A DNA stretch of 64,000 bases from Octopus sinensis (Eukaryota), in assembly GCF_006345805.1 (NCBI RefSeq), contig NC_043004.1, forward strand, positions 87,234,001-87,298,000, read 5' to 3'. A program made the translations under genes and the position numbers. Every line of letters starts with the position of its first letter. The stretch's first letter is position 1. Below the pieces are notes generated by a model that ran no database searches, was not told the origin of the DNA, and saw nothing but the letters and a program-made list of their open reading frames with translations. Shown here piece after piece: positions 39,740 through 52,555 of the stretch.

Positions 39740-41580
39740 TCATCTTGGACAGTATGCTAGACACTGTAGAGCACCTACCTGTCATGGAGGAGCTGAACAC
39801 ATTACCAACTGCTGAAGAACTGAGCAGAGCCATTGATGGCTTGCTCATTGGAAAATCACTGGGCTTGGACGGCATCCCACTAGAGACCATCAGATGTGCA
39901 AGGAGAGTTCTACTTAGCCACTTACTGAAGCTACTGTGTCAGTGCTGGGAGGAGGGATCAGTGTTGCAAGACATGAGAGACTGCAACATTGTCACTCTAT
40001 AGAAGAACAACGGAGACAAAATTGACTGCAATAACTACTGAGGCATCTTGATGTTAAGCATCATTGGGAAAGTTTTTGCCTGTATAGCTCTAAATAGGTT
40101 ACAGAAAATTGCTGAGAGGGTATACCCCAAATCTCAGTGTAGTTTCAGAGCAAAACGCTCCACCATCAACATGATCTTTTCTCTCTGACTGCTTCAGGAA
40201 AAGTGCCAAGAGCAAAGACAACCACTCTTTATCACCTTCATCGACCTCAGAAAGGCTTTTGACCCAGTCAGTAGAGACAGCCTGTTCAAAATCCTTGCCA
40301 AGATTGGCTGTCCTCAAAGACTTCTCAGGATTGTTCACTCATTTCACACGGACATGAAAGGCATTATTCCATTTTATGGCTCCATTCAACATATGCAGCA
40401 GTGTGAAACAGGGCTGTGTACTTTCCCGAAACCATTTTGGCATCTTCTTGGTAGATAGGCTGAAACATGCATTTGGGACATCAACTGATGGTGTTTACCT
40501 CCACACAAAATCAAGTGGCAAACTGTTTAGTATGTTGGGGCTGAAAGCAAAATCCAAGGTGCCCCAGGCATTTGTTAGAGAAATGCTGTTCACAAACGAT
40601 GCAGCACTGACAGCACACTCTGAAGAGCAAATGCAGCATCTTGTGAACAAACTCTCAAAGGCCTGGCAGGAATTTAGCCTGATTATCAGTCTGAAGAAGA
40701 CCCAAGTGATTGGTCAAAGTGTCAAATACGCCCTCACCATCACCATCAACAACTACAAGCTGGAGGTAGTCCATCAGTTCACCTATCTTGGATCTACCAT
40801 CACTGATGACCACTCCCTGGACCCTGAGATCAGCAAACAAATCAGACAAGCCTCCTCCACATTAGCCAGGCTCACGAAGAGAGTCTGGGAAAACAAAAAA
40901 ACTGGCTGCAAACACCAAAATTGCTGTCTATAAGGTGTGCATCCTTAGCATGCTACTTTATGGCAGTGAGACATGGAGCCTCTACTCTAGACAGGAGCAG
41001 TGTCTCAACATCTTTCACCTTTGTAATTTGAGACACATTTTGGACATCAAGTGGATTGGCCCCATCACCAACAACAAAGTCCGCAACTGATCCAAGATAC
41101 CCAGCATACACGTCCTGCTCCAGCAGTGTCATTTGTGCTGGCCCAGTCCTGTTCATCACATGCCAACCAGAAAGATCCTAAAAGACCGCCTGTTTGGGGA
41201 ATTGGCCACCAGCACAAGAGCACAAGGATGACCTCATCTTCATTTCAAAGATGTCTGTAAGAAGGATATGAAGTCACTTGATCTGGACGTCCTGAGATGG
41301 GAGGAGGTTGCAAATGATCACCCACACTGGAGGCAAATACTGCGAAAGGGAATGAGGAGAGCAGAAGAAAAAAGAGGGACCCGCTATCAGAGAAAAGTGC
41401 ACTCAACAGAAGGAAAAATCAGTAGCACTGGCAGAGAGCTCCTTCAAATGACTTCCAGTCCCGTGTGGGCCTGTAAAGCCACAACAGACACTGCACCACC
41501 ATCTGCAGCTGACATGATTTCTTTGAGCACAGATTCATGGCCTCCCAAGACCGATGGATGCCTACTACTACCTACATCAT
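39740..41580 (+). mobile_element. Second, more decayed RTE-clade LINE of a different subfamily
   Basis: Collinear with the upstream copy (LPVMEEL, DGIP, QCWEEG, KQGCVL, LFTND, YLGS) but with many stops and frameshifts. 3' end ...ccaagaccgatggatgcc followed by (cta)n. Confidence 0.92.
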
Positions 41581-42149
41581 CATCATCATCATCATTTAAC
41601 GTCCGCTTTCCATGTTAGCATGGGTTGGACGGTTCAACCGTGGACTGGTAAGCCATGGAGGCTGCACCAGCCTCTAGTCTGATTTGGCAGTGTTTCTACA
41701 GCTGGATGCCCTTCCTAATGCCAACCACTCCGTGAGTGTTTATATACATACACACACACACACAACACACATACACACAAATTCATATATACACACACAT
41801 ACATGCATATACACAGCCATGAAGGTGAGCAGGGCTTCAGTGTAGGATCTCCAATTGTTGGCTCCAAAAGCTGAAATAATGGAAGGTGGGAGATTGGGAA
41901 AGATGGTGAAAGTTTGCGTTAGATGGTGGAAGAGGTAGAAGTTATTGGAAGGCAGTGTAAGGGATGGAGGGTAGGGAATGTGACGTAAGAAGTGGGATGG
42001 GTGGGGTGAAAGGTAACGGAAGGAATTGGAAGGTGTGGGAATAGCTGAATGCACCGACTACAAGAAAAGCAGGAAACATGTAGTTCCAAGAGAAAAATCT
42101 TAGCTTCTCCATAGCACTGTAAATTCACATGTTGTTAGTTCAAGTCTGA

Positions 42150-42501
42150 ACATTACATCGTACACAAAGCATTCGAACAATAGCGATAATTAAGGAGGAC
42201 GAGAGAGAGAGAGAGAGAGAGAGCAGGGTAGAAGTTGCAGCAGACGGTTTGTAAAAAACTGGGAAAAAGAATTCGAACAGTTGTTTAAATGAAACATTTC
42301 TGATAGCTTTATTTGTCCCACTTCTCTCGCTTATTGTCTCCGTTTTTTATATTTTTTCTTCTTCTTCTTTATCTTGTTATAATTAAACAAACGGTACTGT
42401 AGTTCAGCAAACACCGCTTGCAGCCACTTCGCACATTGTTTTGCCACATTGCTGTTTAATTGATATTAAAACATAAGCAGAAGAAAGTAGAAACTGAAGC
42501 T
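42150..42501 (+). promoter_or_regulatory. CpG-retaining promoter/5' UTR of HYI with a (GA)n tract
   Basis: Visibly more CG dinucleotides than the CpG-poor flanks. GA repeat at ~42201-42222. Lies immediately upstream of the ATG at 42502. Confidence 0.55.
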
Positions 42502-42700
42502 ATGTCGAAACTGAGACTGGCCGCAAATTTGTCCATGCTTTTCACTGATTTACCCAATTTATCTGACCGTTTCTTGGCTGCGAAAGAAGCTGGTTTTCGA
42601 TACACAGAATGTGCTTTTCCTTACAGCGAAGATATAAGTGTATTAAAAGCGGCGAAAGAAAAATCTGGTGTTGAACATGTTCTAATCAACTCCTGGCCTG
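42502..42700 (+). CDS. HYI: Hydroxypyruvate isomerase exon 1 (199 nt): MSKLRLAANLSMLFTDLPNLSDRFLAAKEAGFRYTECAFPYSEDISVLKAAKEKSGVEHVLINSWP(G)
   Basis: N-terminal AANLSMLF...AA..AGF..E..FPY...LIN.P.G pattern of the Hyi/xylose-isomerase-like TIM barrel family. Donor G|GTAAAT. Confidence 0.93.
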
Positions 42701-45116
42701 GTAAATATTGAATTAGTACATTTCTTTTTATATTTTAAGTTTATGGTATGGCTTTAGAAAACAAATAACTTAGTAATTTTTAAATGTATCTTCATAAAAG
42801 TTATCTTATTTAATTATTTTTTATACCAATTCGCTCGAGACTGCCTCTGATTCTATGATATAAAATGTTTCTTTTTAAAAGTGAGCTAAGTTTAAACTTT
42901 CCATCAAAATTTAATGTTAAATTATGCCTCAAACTCTAGTATAAAAATAAAAAAGTTGGTTTACTAAATTCTTCATTATTAAAATTAATTAACACTAAGT
43001 GCATTTCAATAGAAACATAGTAACTTAAGGTTGTTGTTTTTTTTCAATTTCGATATTTAGTCAGTAATATTTTAAAACAAAAACCCGTGACTCTAGAGAA
43101 AGTTATTAAAATTGATGTCAGTTATGAATTCTTTCATTAGTCAATTTCAATTTGGCCCCACTTTATTTTTTTCCCTAATTTTTTGACTTTGCGAACTCTT
43201 TGTAATATATTTCGGCATAAACAGAAGTGTGGTCTCTGCTGACCTGCCTCTTCAAACTGCATGTTTTTATTGAAGTTTTCTTGAGATTTGTTTTAGCTGG
43301 TATACTTTACAATTGTACAGATGAGGGAGGGTGTTAAAAATATCTTTTAGAGGTCAACCCTCTAGATACGTTTTCGTAGGTTTAGATAACGATTAAAAAA
43401 TGTCATTAAAAATATGCATTCAACAGTCAGGTAAGAGGTGGGAGGAATATGCCTTAAAAAATTGTTTTTCCATTTTCCTCCTACATAATCGTAAATCTAT
43501 ATTTAAAATAGGCATATCTACACAAGTGTACTCCCACCAACTTTGTTTCCTCATAACTTTCAGAAAAATGGATATTAATATATCTCTGGAAAATTTCTCA
43601 GTAAACAATATACATTAAGAAAGTTATGAGAAGACATATCTATGCTTTTATTACTCCTGTGATTTCAATAGAGTTCTTCCTCTGTATTATTCTTTTTTTT
43701 TATATTTTATTATTTATTTATTTTTTTGGATTAGCTATTTTATTATCGTTGTTGGCAGAATCGTTAGCATGGCTGTCAAAATGCATAACGGCATTTCGCT
43801 CGTCTTCATGTTTTGAGTTCAAATCCTGCCACGGTCTACTTTTCCTTTCATTCTTTCAGGGTCGATAAATTAAGTACCAGTGAAACATTGGGGTCGATGT
43901 AATCGACTAGTCCCCTCCTCCAAAATTTCAGGCCTTGTGCCTATAGTAGAAAGGATTATTTTAAGGCGATGAACTGGCAAAATCACTTGACCATTCTGAG
44001 TTCAAATTTCGCCAAGGTTGACTTGGCCTTTATTCCTTTCAGGGTCAATGAAATAAGCACCAGTTAAACACTGGAGTCGATGTGATTGATTTGCCCCTTC
44101 CCTCAAAATGCCAGGCCCTGTACCTATGGTAGAATGGATTATGAGAAAGGCAGCATTGTAGTAGAATCCTTAACTTGGACAAAATACCTAACACAATAAA
44201 CGTTCCTGATTTAGGTTGCAAGCCCAGTAATTTTGAGTGAAATTGCTTAAAGATACCCTCAATAATAGTACTTGATTAGTACTTTATTTTGTTGACCTTG
44301 GAGGAATGAAAGGCAGAGTTGATCCCAGTGAAAATTGAACTCAGAATGTAAAGAATCAGAAGAAATACTACAAGGCATTTTTGTCCTATGTTCTAATGAT
44401 CTTGTCACCTCATTGCACCATAAACAGTTTTACCATGTGAATAGTTTTAGTATATGCTTTATCATGCTAACATTTTTCTACTTCCACTTTAATCTAACCT
44501 TTAATTTTGCTTATCTTTTGACATTTTATAAACTTTTTATACCTGCTCTTCTGCAATTAAATTACTTTTTTGTTAATACAGGTCATTTTGCAAAGATAAA
44601 TCCCACTTAAGCGCTTTTGCTCCTTTTCGTCCTGTATTTTCAATATTACCATATTTATTCATGCTGCATTGTTTTATACTTGACTTTGAGCTAAAACCAT
44701 GAAAAGAAGAAATTTCATACCAAGATTAAGCACTGAACTAGGGGTGCAATTTAATACACATATAAATAGTTTTTAAGTTATAAAAAGCTTGTGCATAAAT
44801 CGTGAGGGTATATAAGGCAGTTGTTGGATATCTGCGGATCAGCCTTGGTCCTGCAAACTTAGGATGATCAACATTCTAGCCATAAATATCTTGTCTTTTC
44901 AGAAACTTTATCTCTGATTACATTATCCAAAATGTCTATCCTTTTTATAATGAGGTTAGGGTCACCTGTTTCTGTCTCTCTGTTTCATTATAACCTTTCA
45001 TAATCTGACACAAGATCACCTCTTCCAATGCCCCCTCCCTTCTCAAAGGATCATTGTCTTGCAAGTTGGTGACCTTGTTAGTGCTGGTGCCACTTAAGAA
45101 GCATCCAGTCTACACT

Positions 45117-45245
45117 GATGTAATCTCCAGGGATACAGGCATCCAGCAACAGGACCTCCATAATGCTATGATGGACTGTGAAGTCTGGCATAGCATGGTA
45201 AATTCCATTGTCTCGACCACGGTCAAACAATGATGATGATGACGA
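45117..45245 (+). mobile_element. Very short RTE-like 3' end nested inside an RTE-tail element
   Basis: ORF end DVISRDTGIQQQDLHNAMMDCEVWHSMVNSIVSTTVKQ* plus (gat)n tail. gatgtaa occurs at both ends (45117-45123, 45244-45250). Confidence 0.55.
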
Positions 45246-45729
45246 TGTAAAATGGTTGGCATTCGGAAGGGCACCCAACTGTAAAAACCATGCCAGACTG
45301 ACCTCACCTGTGCTTGTGCCATGCATGGCACAAGTACAGATGTTAAGAAGAGCATCCATCCATAAAAACCGGACCAAAACAGAATGAATAGCATGGTAGG
45401 GGGAGAAGGGAATGGAAGTGAATGACAGGCAGGCACATTTCAGGGAGACAATTTTATCTTTTATACTTTTTAATGTTTATTCTTTCCTTTTTGTTAAAAC
45501 ATTACATTAAAATAACTGATGGAAGAGAAGGGGGAAAAATGATTAGAGTGATCTATATCTACAAGGTGTGACAGAGAGAAAGAAAGAGTGTGTGTGATGG
45601 TCAGTGGTAAGAGAGGGAGTGATGGGAGTTAATGAATGATGATCCGAGGGGATTTGGTGGAGAGAGACATACTTCAGTGGATATATATACCAGAGGGTTA
45701 GTGTATTGAGAGAGAAGTTAGGCTTAAGA

Positions 45730-46505
45730 GGAATTAGATGCAGTGTGTAAGAGAGAAGACTGCATTGGTTTGGTCATGTGATGTGGATGGATGCCAACAT
45801 CTCTATAAAGAAGTGCCATTCATTCAAAGTGGATGGAACTTGTGGAAAAGGGAGACCCTGGAAGATATAGGATGAAGTGCTGAAGAACAACCTCAGGGTG
45901 CTGAACCTTTCAGATGAGATGAGAAGGGACCAAGATACCTATTTCTTTTACTACCCACAAGGGGCTAAACACAGAGAGAACAAACAAGGACAGACAAACG
46001 GATTAAGTCGATTATATCGACCCCAGTGCGTAACTGGTACTTATGTAATCGACCCTGAAAGGATGAAAGGTAAAATCAACCTCAACAGAATTTGAACTCA
46101 GAACGTAGCAGCAGGCGAAATACTGCTGAGCATTTCACCCGGCGTGCTAACGTTTCTGTCAGCTTGCTGCCTTAAAGGGACCAAGATACCTGTTGCTTTG
46201 CTGTACTCAAGAAAGACCCATCCTTCACGACAGAAGTGTTAAGGTCACATCCCCTGGTGAAGATGATTGGCCTGCAGGAGTCCTGTGCTGGTGTCACATG
46301 TGAGCACTTGTGTGATGCCACGTTAAAAGCATCCAGCACACTGTAAAGTGGTTGGCATTAGGAAAGGCATCCAGCCTTAGAAACCACACCAAATCAGACT
46401 GGAAACTGGTGCAGCTTTCTGGCTTGCCAGCCCTAGTCAAACCGTCCAACCCATGCTAGCATAGAAACTGGACATTAAAGGAGGAGGAGAAGGATGTTGA
46501 TGATA
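45730..46505 (+). mobile_element. RTE 3' fragment (ORF end plus 3' UTR) interrupted by a SINE
   Basis: LHWFGHV..KKC..VDGTCGKGRP, followed by the aggaaaggcatccagc...catgctagcat tail. Confidence 0.8.
45941..46174 (-). mobile_element. tRNA-derived SINE (family A, Meta-domain-like core) with 17-bp TSD
   Basis: TSD aagggaccaagatacct at 45924-45940 and 46175-46191. B-box-like gagttcaaattc and core cctttcatcctttc.gggtcgat. Confidence 0.9.
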
Positions 46506-47746
46506 ATGGCTTTAGAACTAATGAGAACATTCATATTCATTTTTTTTCTCTCTCATATTTGCATAGTTTAAATGTTTTACCAGAGCAATTATTTTTGTAG
46601 CTTAATGGGTTTATATATTTTTTTTTACTGTTAACCATTCAGCTAAAGACAATAAGAGAAAAATATGATTGGCTACTGTAATTGGAGCAGACAGTGACAT
46701 ATTACACAACCCTGTATTATATGGTCAGTAATAAAGCATCTCATACCAATTTTGCTTGTTTTCAGAAATATCTAAACATCATTGGTGTCAATAGCTCCTC
46801 CCTACACCTCTATACTACATCATAAAAGAGTAAGGCAACAACAAAAAAATCTCATTCCTAAATAACTTCAGGAACCACTGACAGGCTTAGATATTTAGAT
46901 GGAACTATTTTGGTTCTGCAGTTAATGCAGTTTTTAAAATTAAAAACAAGCTGCTTAAAGCAAAAACAGTCTTTTATAATAAGCAAGATGAATCTCTCTC
47001 TCTCTCTCTGTATATATATGTTGAAGGTATACACACTTATGCACACACACCCATTTACATACGTATATAAAGGTGCAGGTATGTTTGTATGGTTTAGGTG
47101 CTTGATCCCTTACCATGTGGTTCAGTCCCACTGTGTGGCACCTTGGGCAAATGTCTTCCACTGTAGCCACAGGCCGACCCAAACCTTGTGAGTGAATTTG
47201 GTAGGTGGAAACTGAAAGAAGCCCATTGTATGTGCTTGTGTGTGTACCCTTGTCTTGACATCATGTGATGGTTGTAAATGAGCATCACCATCATACAAAT
47301 AATGATGTTCATTTCTAGTCTTCCATAAAAAACCTGTCTGGCCATAAGGAAGTATTAGGTTGTTCGGAAACAGGTGAGGTTTGGTGTGAAGAAGAGTATC
47401 TGGTCAGAGAAAGTATTCCTTGCGAATCCCATCTGACCAATACAAACACGCAAAAGATGTTAAGATGATGTTGGTGATGGTGTGTGTGTGTATGTATGTA
47501 TATATTCTTTCTTTTCTTTTATTCTTTTATTTGTTTCAGTCATTTGACTGTGGCCATGCTGGGGCACTGCCTTTAGTCAAGCAAATCAACCCCAGGACTT
47601 ATTCTTTGTAAGTCTAGTACTTATACTATCAGTCTTTCTTGCCAAACCGCTAAGTGACAGGGATGTAAACACACCAGCATCAATTATCAAGCGATGTTGA
47701 GGGGACAAACACAGACACACAAACATATACATACATACATATACAT

Positions 47747-47777
<31 letters not shown>

Positions 47778-48020
47778 CGACGGGCTTCTTTCAGTTTCCA
47801 TCTATCAAATCCACTCACAAGGCACCTGTGATGGTGACACATGAAAGACACCCACTATACTCTTGGAGTGGTTGGTGATAGGAAGGGCATCCAGCTGTAG
47901 AAACCAAGCCAAAATCAGACTGGAACCTGGTACAGCTCTCTGGCTAACCAGTTTCAGTCAAACCATGCCAGCATGGAAAATGATGATGATGTATCTATGT
48001 ATTTATATATATATATACAT

Positions 48021-48098
<78 letters not shown>

Positions 48099-48195
48099 AA
48101 TCCATTTTAGGGTAGCAAAAAATTCAATAGAAATTATTTTGCCACCAGCGGTCTAGTGAGAAATAGGAAATAGTCAAAGACTATGAATAAATTCA

Positions 48196-48241
48196 ACAAC
48201 AATTGAGGAACGGCCTACTGTGGCCGTTCCTCAATTGTTGT
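48196..48241. repeat. Perfect 20-bp inverted repeat with 6-nt loop
   Basis: acaacaattgaggaacggcc-tactgt-ggccgttcctcaattgttgt. Confidence 0.95.
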
Positions 48242-48897
48242 ATATATATATATATATATATGATGGGTTTCTTTCAATTTGTATCAAATCCACTCATGGC
48301 TTTGGTCTGCCTGAGGCTGTACAAGACACTTGCTCAAAGTGCCACACAGAGAGACTGAACCTGAAGTTATGAAGCAAACTTCTTAACCACACAGCCAAGC
48401 TTGTGCTGTATATATTTTACATATCCCGAATAGATGAAAGATAAATCCAGTGCACTGCATCAATGCTGTGTTGCTTCTATTAACTCCACTGCAACAATAT
48501 CAGAGAATATCAGAAAAACTGACATGACACAGCATGACTCTTGTCTGCATCTCATCATTGTGATAACAATTGTGAAATATATTTAGCTGCATACTTTTTA
48601 TGCGTCTGTCTGTGTGTCTTAGAGACATGGTAATTATGGCTTTGCAGCAAATTACATAAATTCACATTGCTTCTGCTTCCATTTGGTAACTGATCTCCTG
48701 ACAAACTTGAATTATTAGTTATAGATCCATATATATATATATCTGATTGCTAGTCATCATCATCATATGTTTTTTTACAACTATCACAGTCAAGACAAGG
48801 AGACATGTAAACTACCCACCCACCTTGCATAACTGTCTGTCTGTCTATCTATCTATCCACACACACACACACACACATATGACCATACCAACACAAA

Positions 48898-49564
48898 CGT
48901 CTCTCCGTTTGCGTTGGTATGGTCATGTACTACAGATGGATGAGGAAAGATGTGTGAAGAAGTGCCACTCCCAAACAGTTGAAGGAATCCGGGGTAGAGG
49001 TAGACCCAGGAAGACATGGGATGAGGCGGTCAAGCATGACCTTCGAACGTTGGGCCTCACAGAGGCAATGACGAAAGACCAAGACTTCTGGAGATATGCT
49101 GTGACTGCGAAGACCCGACAATTGAAGTGAGTTCATGGCTCGCAGGACTGCCTGCTGTGCTTACCTTGGCTTGTAGGGTGACCTGCTGTGCTTGAGGAGA
49201 CCTATTGAGTCAAGTATATCAACATCAAATGGAAATTGTAGTTGTGATACCCGTGCCAGTGGCATGTAAAAAGCACTATCCGAATGTGGCCAATGCCAGC
49301 GCCGCCTGACTGGCATCCATGCCAGTGGCACGTAAAAGCACCAACCGATCATGGCCATAGCCAGCCTCCTCTGGCCCCTGTGCCGGTGGTACGTAAAAAT
49401 CACCCACTACACTCACAGAGTGGTTGGCGTTAGGAAGGACATCCAGCTGTAGAAACACTGCCAGATCAGACTGGAGCCTTGTGCAGCCTCCTGGCTTCCC
49501 AGACCCCAGTCGAACCATCCAGCCTGTGCTAGCATAGAAAACGGATGTTAAACAATGCTGATGA

Positions 49565-49565
<1 letters not shown>
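48898..49565 (+). mobile_element. RTE 3' fragment: intact ORF end, 3' UTR with tandem hairpin motif, (GAT)-type tail
   Basis: LRLRWYGHVLQMDEERCVKKCHSQTVEGIRGRGRPRKTWDEAVKHDLR...stop at 49130, then the UTR found as solo copies elsewhere. Confidence 0.88.
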
Positions 49566-49607
<42 letters not shown>

Positions 49608-50717
49608 TCATATGAGTTTCTGTCTATCAAATCCACTCAAAAGGCATTTGTCAGCCCAAGGGCTATTGCAGAAGATGCTTGCCTAAGATGCCATGCAGTA
49701 GGGCCAGACTTGAAATGATATGGTGGGAAAGTAAAATCACCTGTACAGTCATGCTTATATTTGCTTGTCTTTATTTATTTATTATATATAAGGAATTTTA
49801 CTCTCCCAAATTCCACTCCCAAGGCTACAGTAGAAGATATTTGCTCAAGGTGGTGCCTTGCAGTGGGATCAAACCTGGAACCCCACATTTATAGATCAAA
49901 CATTGTAACTACACAGCCATGCTTTTGCTAAAACGATTCATGCAAGTAACTGGATTTACAGAGACTTTCAAACATAAGATAGTCATAAAAGAAATAGAAA
50001 TTACTGTTGTTGGGAATGGCATTATTAATGAGTGGTTTTTATAAAGAAGAATTATGCCTGGTCTGTATATTCAGTGATATCTAAGTATGGAAGCAAGCTG
50101 TAGGTTTGTTTTTGTTTTATCTGCATCAGTTCCTGAGTAAATTTTCATTCTGCTGCTGGAAGTTGATGCATTCAATTTATTCAGTGTTATTCTCCATATT
50201 CATAGATTCAGTTGACCAGTTTTATTTATTTCATGCTATGCGATAACTGTGAAGGCACATGGCCTAATGGCTAGGTTGTTGTGCTCATAATTGTACGATC
50301 ATGGTTTCAATTCCCAAGTATTCATCGTGTTCTTGAGCAAAACACTTTATTTCATGTTGCTCCAGTCTACTCAGCAGAAAAGAGTTCCAGCAATAACCGA
50401 TCGGATGGTGCTTTTTACGTACCACCAGCACTGGTATCACTGGCATTGGACTTGCATCCTATTCAGGAGGAGTGTTGTAATCTCAGTCACTTATGCACCA
50501 TGGAAACAGGATTAAGCTCCAGTTTTATGAGTCCAAGGGCTCTTGACAAACCTAAGCCCTTAAGAAAAGATTATAACACTAAATAAATTAGCCTTGTTGA
50601 ATAGTGCAAAAATGGTAGATAGCATGCAGAACTAGTATAACTATATTACTGTAAATTGTGCCATTGTCATGTAAAAAGCACTCCTGCCAATACCACATAA
50701 AAGCACCCCATACAGTT

Positions 50718-51135
50718 ATCATCATCATCGTTTAGCGTCCGCTTTCCATGCTAGCATGGGTTGGACGGTTCAACTGGGGTCTGGGAAGCCAGAAGGTTGC
50801 ACCAGGCCCAGTCTGATCTGGCAATGTTTCTACGGCTGGATGCCCTTCCTAATGCCAACCACTCCGTGAGTGTAGTGGGTGCTTTTTACGTGCCAGACGA
50901 GGCTGGCAAACGGCCACAATCGGATGGTGCTTTTTATGTGCCACCGGCACGGGGGCCAGGTGAGGCTGGCAATGGCCACAATCGGATGGTGCTTTTTACG
51001 TGCCACTGGCATGAGGCCAGTCAGGGCAACAGCCACGTTCGGATGGTTCTCTTACGTGCCACCGGCACTGGTATCACAGCTGCAATTTCCATTGATGTTG
51101 ATCGATTTGGATTTGGATTTTCACTAGCCTCAAGA
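50718..51135 (-). mobile_element. Solo RTE-tail element. Related copies near 16200, 19250, 22035, 24480, 41575, 47830, 51290, 54800, 56280, 61480
   Basis: Shared core gtggttggcgttaggaagggcatccagc...aacccatgctagcatggaaagcggacg..aaacgatgatgatg. Confidence 0.85.
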
Positions 51136-52267
51136 GGTCTTCACAAGTAGAGTTTTGTGTCCCAAGAAGGAAAGGTATGCATAAGTGGACTGGCTACATC
51201 CCATGTAGAGGCCACGGGTTATGGTCTCACTTGTCCTGCCGGGTCTTCTCATGCACAGCATACTTCCAAAGGTCTCGGTCATGTAAAAAGAAACCAATAC
51301 ACTCTGTAAAGTGGTTGGTGTTAGGAAGGGCATCCAATCATAGAAACCATACCAAAACAGACAACTGGAGCTTGGGTAGCTCTCTGGCTGGCCAGCTCTT
51401 GTTAAACCATCCAACCCATGCCAGCATGGAAAATGGACGATGATGATGTGCTCCATTGTGGATTAGCTATGTCTCAGGTAATCTGCTTTGCTGTGAGTAT
51501 GATACTGACCAGTATCTCTATGATCTTTTGAATATATTTTAACCTATTTTTCAGGAAGCACTAAGGACAAATAAGTAGTTTAGACTACAAACAGATTTCA
51601 AGTAGTTTGCATTCAGGGTTAGTAATAGTTAAACATGATTTGAAGGGAATATTTAATTAATCCTTTTGAAAACCACGTAAATAAAGTTACCTCTTATTCT
51701 AAAATACAAAAATATATTTGTTAAAGTCTCCATGTTTAAAAAAAAAGCTATTATAATTCTGTCAGAATCTTTTTGTTATGTTCCAAAAATCATCACCACC
51801 ATTTTATGCATTCATATACCATGCTTGTTTTCATTGAACAAATCTTCAACATCATAGCATCTCACTACTTATTGCAGTCCTTTAACATCTCTTTTTGTAA
51901 GATTCAGCCTCCTAAGATCAGTCTCCACCACTTCTGCCCATATTCTCCTCTTCTGTAGGTTCTTTGCATAATACTTACCTATCACCTTCCATACACATCA
52001 CATGTCCATCCAAACTTGGTCTTCTCTCTTGCACACATCTGATTCCTCTAATATCCAGATGGTCTCTCAGCTTATTTGTGCTTGTTTGTTCATTCACACT
52101 AAATTACAACATTATAATGAAAAATTCTTCTCAAAATTGATTAAAACACATAAGCAGTGACACACGAGTTGCAGCAATTGTTAAGTGGTCAATTTGTTTT
52201 TCCATGATAGACCAGTTGTCATAACTGTGAAAGCATTATTTAGACATTAATTACATATCCTGTAGGG

Positions 52268-52555
52268 CAGTGCTTCTCAAACTATCTGATAATGGCATAG
52301 CAGCAGTTTTTTTGCCAATGTGCCAGGGACTGGTAATATTTCTTAGTAATATTAATTTATACCGGAAACAATATATATAATGAATACAATAAAAGTTGAC
52401 AATATTTTTTTTACCTTGTATTCATTTTGTAAACAAATAATACAATATTACATAAGCATTATGTTTCTTTTTTTTTCTGGAAACTCACCATGTACCGGCA
52501 GCTGATGGCTCATGGACTGGCACCAGTCCGCGGGCCATCACTTTGAGTAGCACTG
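52268..52555. mobile_element. hAT (Charlie-like) MITE
   Basis: TIRs cagtgcttctcaaa / tttgagtagcactg. Perfect 8-bp TSD ctgtaggg at 52260-52267 and 52556-52563. Confidence 0.88.
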
